A DNA stretch of 61,405 nt, the filler included, from Squatina squatina (lineage: Eukaryota): assembly GCA_031763465.1 (NCBI GenBank). It is 4 parts of 4 records of this genome, joined end to end, with 100 filler letters (N's around TTAATTAATTAA, not from the genome) between each part and the next. Parts side by side here need not be neighbours in the genome. Positions count along the whole stretch, not along the records: positions 1 to 12,810 come from JARFOE010000219.1; 3 more parts are not named here. One strand, 5' to 3'. Within the stretch, counting starts at the first letter, position 1; every line of letters begins with the position of its first letter. The translations under genes were made by a program, and so were the position numbers. This document shows, in pieces, positions 1 to 12,910 of the stretch. Under the pieces are notes generated by a model. It worked only from the letters and a program-made list of their open reading frames with translations, did no database searches and was not told where the DNA came from.

Positions 1-1070
1 AGACCATTGGCTCATGGCTGATCTGGATCTTCTTTAAAGTTGGAAAAGAATCACAGCGCAGCTAACCTTTGCTCAGAGCACCATCCCCACAGTTCTAGAA
101 TTAATCTAATAGTCCTCCTTTGCAGAGTTTAACCCTTTTAGCCACAGTCTCATCCTGGTGAATCTACACTGCACCCCCTCCAATGCCAATACATCCTTCC
201 TGAGGTGTGTTACTAAGAACTGAATGCAGAACTCTAGTGGGCCGAAATTGCCCCATTAGCACTTCCGTGGGGCGCTAACTGGGCGTTAACTAACTTTCGC
301 CCAGGGCAGGGGAGGGCGCTATCGCCTCCCAGGACATTGCTTGGGAGGTCATGGAGGCACTTGGATGCTAGTGCCGCACCCTGCGATTAGTGCCCCTGGC
401 CGGCACGCAACCCCTTTGCACCCACGGGGGAAATTGCCCCGCGGGACACGAGACCAGCAGTCGGCAATGGCACCGACAGCTTCGCGGGCTGCTGGCCCGG
501 TCCATCGCATCCCTGGTGGCCCAGTGTCGGCCATCGGGGCATGCTGCAGAGTGTGTAGCGACCCTCCCTTCAACTGAAGGGGAAGGGCATTGGAGCACGT
601 CACCACGGAGCTCCGTGGAGCGCTGTTCTCCGAAGTGCGGCGCTGACCTCTTCAACGTGGCGCTTGATGCAGCACGCCGGCACCACCCTAGAACTGAAGC
701 GGACAGCGCTCCGCTTCACTTCCGGGGCGGTAAGGGCAATTTCGCGTCGGGGACGGAACTTCCAGGGCCAGCGCTACAAGTTCCGGCCCCAGAGAATTAG
801 TGCCCCCAAATTAGGGCAAGGGGCAATTTCTGACACCCAGATATGATCTAACGAGAGCTTTCACCTCTTTGTATACCAGCAACCTGTCCACTAGCTTTGA
901 GTGATTCCAGTACATGGACCCTGAAATCTCTCTGCTCATCCTAGCTTCTCACCATTTAAAAAAATCTATCTTAGGTCCAAAGTGGATGACCTCATGCTTC
1001 CCCACATTGAACTCAACCTGCCACAGTTTTAGCAATTCTCTTAATCTATCAATGTCCCTTTACAATATAA
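1..1070 (-). mobile_element. CR1/L3-clade LINE 3' fragment, interrupted by a MITE at 238-837
   Basis: Degenerate antisense CR1 RT/3' sequence (catccttcctgaggtgtg, ccaaagtggatgacctca, cttccccacattgaactc); continues on both sides of the GC-rich insert. Confidence 0.65.
238..837. mobile_element. Non-autonomous DNA transposon (MITE), Harbinger-like
   Basis: GC/CpG-rich block with inverted termini gaaattgcccc (244-254) and ggggcaatttc (820-830), internal copies of the same motifs and a perfect palindrome ccacggagctccgtgg (603-618); no credible ORF. Confidence 0.65.
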
Positions 1071-2889
1071 CTAAGTGACCCAAATAAACTGACCAAACAT
1101 TTTCACTGATAAAAATGATAAAAAGAAGCCCTTACATATCAAACCCTCCTTGAGTACAGCACACCCCAGAATTGATATATGGAGAGGGATTTGTTTGAAT
1201 AGATTGCAAATGGAAAACAAAGCAGGAAAACAAAACAAAAGCCATTCTGATCTAATCAAAGGGCTGATTTTATTAGGATTCCTGTCAAATTCTCTGCATT
1301 CTCCAACCCACCCCTCAACTCCCACAGTGAAATTGTTGCAACTTGACACCTCTGCTCTGGAAGTTTAAAGCTGAAAACTCTTTTTAAGCACCTACCAAAA
1401 TATACTAATGTAACACAAAAATACATTAATAAAAACTAATTAAAAACAGAAAAGTACCAAATGAGTGAACATAAGCTCAAATTCATTAAAAAAAAATTGA
1501 GCTCATGTTTTATTTAGTCTTGTAAGTCTTTCCAATAAAGGAACCATTTCATTATACAGGTTTCAGTACGTAGTGCAATGTGTCCAGCAGTTACAGATGC
1601 ACTACTGCAGCTGAACTAATTTAAAATAACATGGAAGCTTGCGTACAGTTTCTACTTACTATAATCCTCCCAACGACGTCATACCAACTGCACTAAATAA
1701 CCATCAAACTGCAGTTGTATGACTGGACTAAAACCATTATAGGTTAGGGATATCCCTCTACTTTTAAAAGGAGCGGTATCAGTTTGTCAGTGTGAATATC
1801 CTAGTTAATGTGTTACAGATTCAAAAGCAACTATCCTGATATTTCTGGGAATTGGGCCAATTTTAGCAACTCCATTAGAAAAGTTCTGCTAAATAAATTT
1901 AAAACCTAAGGACAAGAACCAAATTATACATATAAATTGTATTTTAAAAATGAATTTCAAATTTTATAAATCAACACCTGCCGATCCATATCAGTTACTT
2001 AACTTTAAGACCTGTTTCATATAACTGTTCCAATGTTCAAGTGTTGAAATGGTCCGTGGAGCATGTTTTGTGTGTTTAGCAATGGCTAGTGACAGCAGGA
2101 GTCTAACTGGCCCACTGGGCCTCAGTGTTCTGATTGCGATGCGTTTACTGTACTGCACACAGACAGCCATCAGTCCACCAACCTTTGGACAAAGAGGTAA
2201 ATATATATTGACTTCTCATAGGACTCTGAAACAGATTGTTTTATTACGGATGTAGCTTTTTATATCTTCATTTTCGTAACCTATTTTATTTCCTTCCCCT
2301 CGCCCCAGCTTAAGTGCTGTTCTTTGGCTCCCATGTCCCTGCCAATGCTGTTCTTTAAGAGAGAGATTAAATGTGCAAGAGTGGCTTACGGTGATTTATC
2401 CTCCAATTTTGTTTGCCTTCCTGCCTGCAAGGAAGCCCCTGGCTCAAATATGTAAGTCAACAGAAGTCACAAACCTGTGTCCACTTCTGTACATGGCTCC
2501 AACCCATTGCACCAAGCACTGCCTCAACCAATAGAACTTTGGTTCTACCTGGCCAGCTGTCTCTATTTAGATCCTATTTCTTATTCACTAGTTATATTCT
2601 ATGGCAAAAGGAAGTTGACTGATTGGTACAAGGCAGGTTCTACCCAAACAACCGGCTGTAACTTCAAGGTGTGCTCCATTCAGAGGGGAGTAAGAAAGAG
2701 ACCATCAAGATAGTCAATGTGTTCTGCTCTCGTGAACCTACTAGTTGCTGGAGGAAGAATAGCATTGACTACCAGCCTTTTCAAAGAAAAGATATGGGGA
2801 CATATAAAGAGTGGAAGTGGATAAAAAAATCTGTGAGACGTTTTAGGCCACAGTGAGAAGTTGGTACAGTGTGTCTGTACACCAACATT

Positions 2890-3000
2890 TGAAAGAAAGA
2901 AAGACTTGCACTTATATAGCACCTTTCATGACCTCAGGGCATCCCAAAGTGTTTTACAGCCCATGAAGTAGTTTTGAATGGTAGTCACTGATGTAATTTT
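2890..3000 (-). mobile_element. Deu-domain SINE (SacSINE1-like) 3' tail
   Basis: aaagacttgcacttatatagcacctttcatgacctcaggg...cccaaagtgttttacagcc is the antisense tail that recurs at 24100-24297 and 48237-48315. Confidence 0.6.
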
Positions 3001-5318
3001 ACATCACAGAATAGTCTTAAAGTGTAGGTTAAGAAAAATCTATAGTTGAGTGGGGCTATGTATCACAAATTACAGCCTAAAACATCATTTGGAGGAACTG
3101 CTGAAGTACTCACTCTTAATATTTTACGGCAAGTTTACCAAGCATATAAGTGGATTGTCCAGCTTAATTGGAGTCAAGAATTAAAATGCTCTTGTCAAGG
3201 TTAGGAATCATTCAGGTTGGTAAAAAAAAATTAAAAATTAAGAGCTGTGAAATGACAACTCTATGATATAGTGAATTTGGACCTCCAACACACCAAGCCA
3301 CAAAACAATGAGATGTAGATTTGATCTTCCAAGTGCCTTGCTACAAAGAAAGATAGATAACTTGCAAGAAGAATCATCACTGGGCCATTCCTGTTGACAT
3401 CACCAACCTGCCCTCTCGGCTAAAGGGAGGGGGCAGGTAGATCCTGTGAATATCATAAGAGGGAAAAACAGAATTGTCATAGCTCTACTGTCCTGAAAAT
3501 AGCCGTGACAGTGAACTGGATAGCATTATAGTAAGACAGAAATGCAACAACAGAAAATTGGCACTTTAAATTATTGTGTGATGACTTATTTAGTTAGGTG
3601 TTGAATCTTACAATACAAATATGTACATGCAAATATTTTTTTGCCTGTAGAATATGGGGTGACTTATGAGAGAGTGTAATGCTNNNNNNNNNNNNNNNNN
3701 NNNNNNNNNNNNNNNNNNNNNNNNNNNNNNNNNNNNNNNNNNNNNNNNNNNNNNNNNNNNNNNNNNNNNNNNNNNNNNNNNNNCCTCTGTACAGAACCCT
3801 CCCCCTCCCCCTCCTGTTCAGGTGCAGCCCATCCCTCCTGTCTCAGTACTGGTGCCAATGTCCCATGAAATGGAATCCATCTTTCTCGCACCAGTCCTTT
3901 AACCACGTGTTCACCTCCTGATCTATTTATCCCTGTACCAATTGGCCAATGAATATTAGTCTGCCAGAAAAAAACAAGATCAGGTGAAACAGTGTAAATG
4001 GCAAGGAACTCAGAGCGACATCCCTCAGAACTTCATTACTCATTGCCCCCATACTCATTTCAGAGATTACTGTCAAGGGCGTAAAAAGAAAATAATTATA
4101 ATTCTCTCGCTCTTTATTTAACAGGGACACTAGGCAGTCCAAAATAGTTTGTCAGGAAATCGATATATCAAACTGTTCTGACTGTTCTGGCAATCCAAGA
4201 CATTTAATGATCCAAACAGAAATCAAGCATTTTGGCACAAGGCAAATCACAAAAAACGTCCGATTGCTGGGTCAGTATTGGTTCCATTTTGTAGTCGCTG
4301 AGATTTTTTTTGCCTGCTAATTTCAGCATAGTTAATAGCATTTCGCAGGACAGACATACTGGAAGTGCAGAAAGAGAAACACCCCTCAGGATTTGAAAGC
4401 ATCACATTTGTCTTATTGATTGGCCCTTCACCCATTGTTTTTAGAGATTTCAACCAAACAGTTGAAACACTGTACAATGAGTTAAAAGAGGATCTGAATG
4501 TCAGGCNNNNNNNNNNTTGTCACCCACTATCCTGTTGGCACATGTCAGACCACTGCCAGAGCAACCACATCAGTCTCCAATGTTGCAGCATTTCTTAAGT
4601 AACCACCTTTTCTCTGCACCTCACAATGTTAGATTCTTAACAGCCTTGCATTCGCAATAGAAAACCAAGGAAACGTTTTTGCCATTGTGATATCCCCACT
4701 GTTTTGTATCCATGAACTGTAGCAACATACCCCTCCAGCACCTGTGGAGAATTCCCATATATCTGCCAGATCAAGAAAAGTTTGCATTTTGTCAATTCAC
4801 AGGAGGTATGTGATGACAAGAACGTGATCACAAATCGTATGTGTCAGCTTCCCGCGCAATATCCACAGCTCTTTAATATTTGCCAGTTTAAGGTTTGGCA
4901 GGAGATTTAAAGAAGAAAAATTGAGTGGTGCATAGCTGATGGACAAAAGATCAATTTACAATTATCATACTGTTCCTTTTTATTGGAATTCCTAAAAGTG
5001 TTGTTATTCTACTAATTTGGAGCTGGACTTGTAATGCAGTTGGTTTAATTGCAACACCAAACTGTCAATATAATATGAAGTTGCACCAATTTCAGGTGAA
5101 CCAATACCCATGTAATGTTTCCTGTCAGTAACTCAAAAAACAGTGCCTAACTGTGCACACATTTTGAGTTAGTTCCAGAATATCTCCTGGATTTGACATC
5201 ATATGAATGAACAATATCNNNNNNNNNNNNNNNNNNNNNNNNNNNNNNNNNNNNNNNNNNNNNNNNNNNNNNNNNNNNNNNNNNNNNNNNNNNNNNNNNN
5301 NNNNNNNNNNNNNNNNNN

Positions 5319-5848
5319 CTGACGCACATCTACTATAAGCCCACTGACTCCCACAGCTACCTGCACTCCACTTTGTCCCACCCCACTTCCTGTAAGAACT
5401 CCATTCCATTCTTCCAGTTCCTCCATCTCCGCCGCATCTGTTCTGACGATACCACCTTCCATACCAGTGCTTCTGATATGTCTTTCTTTTGCCTCAACCG
5501 AGGTTTCCCCTCCACCATGATTGACATGGCCCTCGACAGTGTCCGTTCTATTTCTCGCACTTCTGCTCTCACCCCTTCCCCTCCCTTCCAGAACCACAAT
5601 AGGGTTTCCCTTGTCCTCACCTTTCACCCCAACAGCCTCCACATCCAATGGATCAACCTCTGCCATTTCTGTCACCTCCTGTGTGATCCCACACACAACT
5701 TCCCCCTCCCCTCCCCTCCCCGTGTTCCGAAGGGAATGTTCCCTCTGCAACACCTTGGTCTATTCCTCAATCACCCCCAAAACTCCTTCCCTTTCCCATC
5801 TCCGTGCAAGCACAGGAGATGCAACACCCTGACCTTTTACCTCCTCCC
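5319..5848 (+). mobile_element. Penelope-like retroelement fragment (RT C-terminal/linker region)
   Basis: Translation YKPTDSHSYL..SHPTSCKNSIPFFQFLHLRRICSDD..RGFP..RVSLVLTFHP matches Penelope RT C-terminal motifs. Confidence 0.8.
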
Positions 5849-7070
5849 NNNNNNNNNNNNNNNNNNNNNNNNNNNNNNNNNNNNNNNNNNNNNNNNNNNN
5901 NNNNNNNNNNNNNNNNNNNNNNNNNNNNNNNNNNNNNNNNNNNNNNNNCTTGAAGGAGAAAAAATTGCAGGGATATAAGAAAAGATCAGGTTAGTGGGAC
6001 GAACTTGATTTCTCTTCGAAAGAGCTAACGCAGAATCGATAGGACGAATGGCCTCCTTCTCAGCTATTCCATGATTCTATTAAATTGCATCTTATAAAAT
6101 TTCCCAAGTGTATAAAAGGAGCTGTAGTGTAAACAAATGTGACAGATACAGAAATAAGGAAAATGACAGCAGTGTTGTATTCCAATCTAATTCACAGCTG
6201 CTGTTATTTTCACTGACCAGTGTTGAGCCAAGTCAGAGTACAAAGTCAAACCTTTTACAGTACAGATCATTCACACTCATGAAGGAACAGCTGTACCACA
6301 GCTTCACTGGATCACTGTAACAAATAGGCATTTCACTGCAATGATTACTGTGAGCTTACTGAAATCCCTAGTGTGCAGTAAATGCTGCAACACAAATATT
6401 TTCAATATTTGAAATGAGAAAATAAAGCACCAGTACTGCAGCTTCCATATATTGTGTTTTAAGAGTATGCAAGGATGTTAATTTTTTGCTAAACTAAGTA
6501 ATACAAAACACGACCAGTGTATTTAACAATTAGATTTCATGAAAAACTCCAAAGGCAACCACATTAAAATTTTCCCTCAATCCTATTAGTGTAAANNNNN
6601 NNNNNNNNNNNNNNNNNNNNNNNNNNNNNNNNNNNNNNNNNNNNNNNNNNNNNNNNNNNNNNNNNNNNNNNNNNNNNNNNNNNNNNNNNNNNNNNTTAAA
6701 GAAAACAGTGAAATATCAAAGCAGCATCAATTTGAACTGTATCCTTATTTTTCTATTAACCTCTTTTTTTAAAAAAAAGCTAGCAGCTTAGGTATGTAGC
6801 CACAAATGCCTCAATACACCACAGGTCAACTGTATTTCAAGCTCACTTAACAGAAAAACAGTTTGCACCGTGAAGTCAGCAATAACTGAATATCCAACAT
6901 TTACTGCAGAATGTTACTATTCAATACTATCCAACCCTCAAAGTGACATCTATAGAAATCAACTGACATACTGCTGTCTAGATTAACATTTCATCTGGCC
7001 ACACTACAGTAAAAACAGTAGTGCTTTACTGAATGAAGCTTCAGTCTTTTGGCTTAGAAACAAGCATCCC

Positions 7071-7076
7071 TTTATT
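7071..7076 (-). promoter_or_regulatory. Candidate polyadenylation signal in the putative KTN1 3'UTR
   Basis: AATAAA on the minus strand about 450 nt downstream of the putative stop. Confidence 0.3.
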
Positions 7077-7525
7077 TAGCGTCACGTTTACAAAATTCTT
7101 CAGATTTTCTAAGCTACCAACAAAATGAGGAGTGTTTGATGCTGAAAATTAGAAGCAGCTAACCCTGAAAATTTCAATTTTAAACCCAAAAGCAAATGTG
7201 CCGCTAGAATAATATATATATATTTTTTTAAAGCTCCTGGTTTTGCCCAAATTATATTATTTGCTGGTAGTCAACATTGGCATTTAGCAAAAAAAAAATT
7301 TAAACACAACTTATTTGCGTTTAGGAAAGTACAGATTGGATACCATGTTTTATAAAACTAAAAACTCTCCAGCTGCCTATAATATTTTTGAATCAGTAGT
7401 TTAATCCAATATTTAAAAAAAAACACAAAAGTAAAGCTCTATTCAGTGTTTGACAATTAAGAAGGGTGAAAAACATAAATAAGGCTTTAATTTGGCAAAT
7501 CAAGGTGCAAACCATAGCACCATCT

Positions 7526-7561
7526 TCAAACAGAAGCTCCTTCCTTCAGCACTCCAGTTGC
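7526..7561 (-). CDS. KTN1: Probable terminal coding exon of kinectin (ATGVLKEGASV*)
   Basis: Acceptor attttcatttgctttttAG then 11 codons and TGA; same strand and downstream of the KTN1 exons; followed by AT-rich UTR-like sequence with AATAAA. Confidence 0.55.
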   Translation of the reverse strand, partial: ATGVLKEGASV

Positions 7562-7849
7562 CTAAAAAGCAAATGAAAATAAGGATCTTAGCAGNNNNNN
7601 NNNNNNNNNNNNNNNNNNNNNNNNNNNNNNNNNNNNNNNNNNNNNNNNNNNNNNNNNNNNNNNNNNNNNNNNNNNNNNNNNNNNNNNNNNNNNNCCAATT
7701 GGTGAATGGAGAATGATTCTCTGTGATCTCAGTGAGAGACAATTCATCAATAATTCACACAGAAACCCCAGGGCAGGGACAGTCTGCCATGGTTCAGTCC
7801 TGGATGGGATTAACCACAGAATCCAAACCCGTGCAGTTACATGTGAACT

Positions 7850-8502
7850 CACTGGTGTCTCACAGGTGGGGCCCTCTTGTATGCATCGGAGACATGGGCA
7901 CTGTACAGCAGGCACCTCAAGGCCCCAGAGAAACACCACCAACGCTGCCTTCGCAAAATCCTGAAAATAAACTGGCAGGACAAATGCACCAACATCAGTG
8001 TCCACACCCAGGCCAACATCCCCAGCATCGAGGCCCCGGTTACGCTCAATCAGCTGTGATGGGCCTGTCACGTCGTCCGCATGCCAGATACAAGACATCA
8101 AAACAAGCTCTCTATTCCAAACTCCGCCATGGGAAACGCCTCCGTGGAGGGCAGAGTAAACGCTACAAGGATGTCCTCAAGGCCTCATTGAAGAAATGCA
8201 ACATCCCCACAGACTCATGGGAATCCGCAGCCCAAGACCGCCCGCAATGGAGAAGAGCCATCCTGGAAGGCACCAGCCGTTTCAGGTCTCTCCGGCAGAA
8301 GCACATTGAGGACAAACATCGGCAGATGAAGGAGCACGCAGCAACACGCTCAACCCTGCCCCTCGTCTCATCAAGTATTACCTGCCCCACCTGCGGCCGT
8401 GTCTGCAGTTCCCGCATTGGACTATTTAGCCACCTCAGAACCCACAACTGTGGAGTGGAAGCAAGTCATCCTCGAACCCAAGAGACCTCCTAAGAAGAAG
8501 AA
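7850..8502 (+). mobile_element. RTE-clade LINE 3' end (degenerate)
   Basis: YASETWALYSRHLK..HQRCLRKILKINWQDK..NIPSIEA; KQALYSKL..GKR..GGQ..RYKDVLK; C-terminal CPTCGRVCSSRIGLFSHLRTH finger; (AAG)n tail; internal stop/frameshift. Confidence 0.85.
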
Positions 8503-8524
8503 GGACAGGTGGGATGAATTTCTT

Positions 8525-9330
8525 CATAGAATCATAGAAATCTACAGCACAGAAAGAGGCCAGTCGGCCCAGCATGTCTGTGCTGGGCGACAAAGAACTG
8601 CCCAGGCTAATTCCACTCTCTAGCACTTGGTCCATAGTCTTCTAAGTTACAGCACATCAAGTGCATATCCTAGTACTTTTCAAATACTGTGAGGGTTTCT
8701 GCCAATCCCACCTTTTCAGGCAGTGAGCTCCAGACGCCCCCCATCCTCTGGGTGAAAACATTCTCCTCTTAACCACCTACAAGTTACTTTAAATCTATGC
8801 CCCCCGGTTATTGACCCCTCTGCTGAGGGGAATAGGTCCTTCCTATCCACTCTATCTGGGCCCCACATAATTTTATACACCTCAATTAGGTCTCCTCTCA
8901 GCCTCCTCTGTTCCAAAGAAAACAACCCCAGCCTATCCAATCTTTCCTCACAGCTAAAATTCTCTGGTCCAGGCAACATCCTCGTAAATCTCCACTGTAC
9001 CCTCTCCAGTGCAACCACATCCTTCCTGTAATGTGGTGACCAGAACTGCATGCAGCACTTGATCTGTGGCACAACTAGCGTTTCATACATTTCAAGCATA
9101 ACCTCCCTGCACTGATATTCACCTCACCTAATGAAAACAGGTATCCCATATGCAGTCTTATCCAACTTATATGCTCCCTTCAGGGATCTGTGGACATGCA
9201 CTCCAAAGTCCCTCTGATCCTCCACACTTCTGAGTGTCCAACCATTTATCAGGTGTTCCCTTGCCTTGTTAGCCCTTCCCAATTGCATTACCTCACACTT
9301 TCAAGCTGACCAGTCCATTGATACCTTCCT
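8525..9330 (-). mobile_element. CR1 LINE 3' fragment
   Basis: ORF 8716-9099 QFWSPHYRKDVVALERVQWRFTRMLPG..EERLDRLGLFSLEQRRLRGDLIEVYKI; catagaatcataga tail. Confidence 0.9.
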
Positions 9331-9756
9331 ACTGTCCACAGCTCTGCTACTGAATGTCTTAATCAGCTGAGCCTTGGGATGAAAGGTTTTCAAAATGTCA
9401 CCTTAACACAAGGCTAAAATTCTCTTAGGTTTGTTGCAACTGAAAGCACTCGGCACCAACAGGAACAAAATTACACCTCACATTTGTGTACTTTTACATT
9501 TTTTATTATAATAATGTGATATTTGGTGCTAAATTGGAACATTTCTGCTGTCAGACTACTGATTCTGGTTTAAATATTATCACTGAACCTTACATGTTAA
9601 CACTTTCCAAGTCAGCATTAAGCTACGTAGAAAATAATGATGTAAATTTATAGCACTGGCTCCACACTATTTTGTATATTAGTGGTGGCAATGAAAGCAA
9701 TGCATCGACCTAATTCAGACATCATCTTAATTGTACATTTTCACATTTATTACAAC

Positions 9757-9843
9757 CTTGGCTGTCTTGTTCACTTTGTCCTGCAACATTTTTTCAGTTG
9801 ATGTCAATGCTTCCATTGCTTTCCAGTTTTTCTCCCGAAGTTC
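9757..9843 (-). CDS. KTN1: Kinectin exon (ELREKNWKAMEALTSTEKMLQDKVNKTAK)
   Basis: 87-nt AG/GT-bounded exon, near-identical to recalled human KTN1 DLREKNWEAMEALASTEKMLQDKVNKTSK. Confidence 0.9.
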
Positions 9844-10446
9844 CTAATTATTTTTAGAAAGAACTATTTCAGTTCAGCCAAGACATTTTGTAGATGATTA
9901 GAAGTTTTAAAAAAAAAATCTGGGGATTAACAATTGTGAATTTAAAGTGTAAATCACTAAATGCATATAAAGTGCTTTGCTCCATTCGTCAGCAAGACAA
10001 AGCTGGAAAAATAGTTTACATCTACCATTGAAAGAAAGGTTGTTTGTTGACAAAAATGAGGAAAACAGGTTTTCACAATCTTACTGATGCCAAATGTTAG
10101 TTAAATTCAAGGCAATAGGACTGCAGTACAGAATAGGAAAACATAGAACAATAAACTGCAAATGCTAGAATTACACAACAGCATCTGAAAAAGTCAACAT
10201 TTCACTTGTCTCTCTTTTACAGAAAAGAAACTTGCCTATGCATTTCCAGCAATGCAGTTTTATTTCAAGAAAACAAAGAGAATAGGCACAGTAATTAAGT
10301 TAGGAAAAAGTACCAAAGATCACACAGTAGACCTGTGCAAGAATGCNNNNNNNNNNNNNNNNNNNNNNNNNNNNNNNNNNNNNNNNNNNNNNNNNNNNNN
10401 NNNNNNNNNNNNNNNNNNNNNNNNNNNNNNNNNNNNNNNNNNNNNN

Positions 10447-10620
10447 TCTGTCCTTGCTCAAAACCGGATACATCTCTAACTTTTTCCAGTTCTGATAAAA
10501 GGTCATCGACCTGAAACATTAATTGTTTCTCTCCCGACAGGTGCTGCCTGACCGGTTGAGTATTTCTCGCATTTTCTGTTTTTATTGCAGATTTCCAGCA
10601 TCCACAGTACTTTGCTTTTG
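10447..10620. repeat. Shark interspersed repeat (Penelope-associated terminal repeat)
   Basis: gatgctgcctgacc..gagtatttc..cattttctgtttttatt..gatttccagcatc motif, also seen at 31195-31262. Confidence 0.5.
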
Positions 10621-10799
10621 CATGGAGTAACTAATCGCTCATTAACATTACCCAATTTAAAAAAAAAATTATTTAACTTCACCACAAACAAAAATTCAAC
10701 CAAGAAACCAGGTATCTTAAATTACACTTAAATTTGTTTTACAAAACCAATTTGCTCTGCTATGGATAACTTTGCGTCAAAATGAAATGTTTGACATAC

Positions 10800-10890
10800 C
10801 TCAATTTCTTCCCCTTTGTTTGCCACTTGAATAAGTCCAGTCTCTAACAGCTCTTCAACTGTTTTTATTTTTTCATCTCGTTCTTGAAGA
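10800..10890 (-). CDS. KTN1: Kinectin exon (LQERDEKIKTVEELLETGLIQVANKGEEIE)
   Basis: 91-nt AG/GT-bounded exon matching recalled KTN1 IQEKDEKLKTVEELLETGLIQVATKEEEL. Confidence 0.92.
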
Positions 10891-10970
10891 CTGGTTAAAA
10901 AAAGACACATCAAACGCATGCAAGTGTAGCAAAATGATACTGGTTCAAACTAGATGATAAGGTGACTCAC

Positions 10971-11008
10971 CCTTTTTGCATCTGTTCCATCATACATAAA
11001 GCTGAAGC
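10971..11008 (-). CDS. KTN1: Kinectin short exon (ASALCMMEQMQK-G)
   Basis: 38-nt exon (cag/..gg/gtgagt), phase-compatible with the next exon across an 80-nt intron; corresponds to KTN1 ..VVEQMEKC. Confidence 0.75.
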
Positions 11009-11304
11009 CTGCATGCAGAAAATATGCAATAAGAATTGGAGCTTTTACAAATCTCCAAAAGTCTAAACATGCAAAGTAAGTAACCACTCAGCACACTCTT
11101 ATATCATGGTTAATTATGGGAAAATCTTCAATATACTTGTCCTTTCAAACCAGTATGTAGCATTCTGGATAAGCTTTTTAAGGGGCTACTTTAGGCTCAG
11201 CAAATGAGTCCATAAACACCCATTTTTATATTTTGCCGTTCTGCAATGAAACCTACAACATATACAATTCTGAACTATAATTTCAGAATTTTATTCATTG
11301 TTCT

Positions 11305-11420
11305 GAGAAAGGTTCACCAGATTGATGGCAGGTCTGACATATGAAGATTGGATCGACTAGGCTTATATTCACTGGAATTTAGAAGAATGAGAGGGGATCT
11401 TATAGAAACATACAAAATTC
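11305..11420 (+). mobile_element. CR1 LINE fragment
   Basis: LDRLGLYSLEFRRMRGDLIETYKI. Confidence 0.85.
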
Positions 11421-11854
11421 NNNNNNNNNNNNNNNNNNNNNNNNNNNNNNNNNNNNNNNNNNNNNNNNNNNNNNNNNNNNNNNNNNNNNNNNNNNNNNNN
11501 NNNNNNNNNNNNNNNNNNNNACAATCCATGTAATAATGATTATTGAGAATCTAAATTAAGCATTTTCTGCAGCAATTTCCTGGTTCACACTGCCAAAGTA
11601 TAGAATGTTGAATATACAAAGCACCTGTCCAAAACACTTAATTGAATGTGTTTCTTACAGCTCTCCAGATTACTATTTATTTAGCAGTGAGGCTGCAAGT
11701 TCAAACCATCTCATTTTTATTCACTTGTTCCCAATTTTTATTTTGGTAATACTGAAATCCCCTCCCACAATCTGCACAGCCACTGATCAAATCCAACCAC
11801 TCATTTGCCATTTCTTAAATTTCTGTTAACATGAAATAACGGCAGTTTTTATAC

Positions 11855-11999
11855 CTTGAGATGTTGAACGGTCTGTTCATAGGAAACCTCCAGGTTCTTT
11901 TTCTGTGCCTCTTCCTGCTGAAGGCGGTTTGTTTTCTCTGTAAGTTCATTCATTAATCTGGCATAGTCCTGTCGTAGTTTGTTCAGTTCTGTTGACTGT
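11855..11999 (-). CDS. KTN1: Kinectin exon (QSTELNKLRQDYARLMNELTEKTNRLQQEEAQKKNLEVSYEQTVQHLK)
   Basis: 145-nt AG/GT-bounded exon matching recalled KTN1 QSAELNKLRQDYARLVNELTEKTGKLQQEEVQKKN. Confidence 0.92.
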
Positions 12000-12810
12000 C
12001 TGCGTTCAACATTTATAAACTAATTAATGGCTCTATAGTTTAAAGTAGCATACTATACAATTTTAAATGGTATTTTTTCCATTTGGCAGTACATTTTATT
12101 CCATAGCAGAACAGAGACATGCATCTAATCATCATACACCAGTATACTAGCAGTTACGCATTTTTCGTGTAATTCAATGTCTGAATTTTCACACGCTGTT
12201 CCAATTCTCAAACTTCCAGAAGAACAGAACAAAAATACATTAGGGACGAGACCAAGGGATAACATACACCACCAGTGACACCAAATTGAGAGTAGGGTAA
12301 GCATCACCAAGCTTGTGTAAGGAACATTTTGAAGTAACAAAAAAAATTGTATCTCCTATGTAATTGTGCCTGCTTATTTCATACTGTTTCCTTCCGTTTG
12401 TGTTTACCTTTTGGGATCAGCAACAAGCAGCTTGGTTGGCGGAGGCGGACAGGAGCCCAGGCTACCCTGGGACCAAGTCAGGTGAACATTTGGAGAATCA
12501 CTCAGGCCAATCCAGGGAAAGAGACTAGGTGGTGGGATAAATACAAAGAAACAAAGTAACTCATGCCGTTCTGGAAGAAGGCAGTGGGAGGCACCTAAGT
12601 CTGGTGTGTTCAGATGATGCAGGAGCAAATGGGAGAATTTGGTTCCACTTTTGATTTTAAAAGGAAGTGAGTAAGCAACAGCAAACGAGTGGCCACAGCA
12701 TAGAACAAGGTTGAACAAAGTACTCTGGGTGAGTGCTCGACTGGTTATTAACACTAAATTTTCACTTATAAACTAAAGCTGCAGATCAGCCTGCTAGACA
12801 GTGTGGTGCA

Positions 12811-12910
12811 NNNNNNNNNNNNNNNNNNNNNNNNNNNNNNNNNNNNNNNNNNNNTTAATTAATTAANNNNNNNNNNNNNNNNNNNNNNNNNNNNNNNNNN
12901 NNNNNNNNNN
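12811..12910. other. Artificial scaffold-joining linker
   Basis: 44 N + TTAATTAATTAA (stops in all six frames) + 44 N. Confidence 0.95.

Noticed and set aside
341-846. Cluster of overlapping ORFs
   Set aside because: By-product of a GC-rich MITE; no protein motifs
8380-8450. C2H2 zinc-finger gene
   Set aside because: It is the C-terminal finger of the RTE LINE ORF
12855-12866. TTAATTAATTAA repeated three times in the window
   Set aside because: Synthetic linker between N runs, not a biological repeat or CRISPR array
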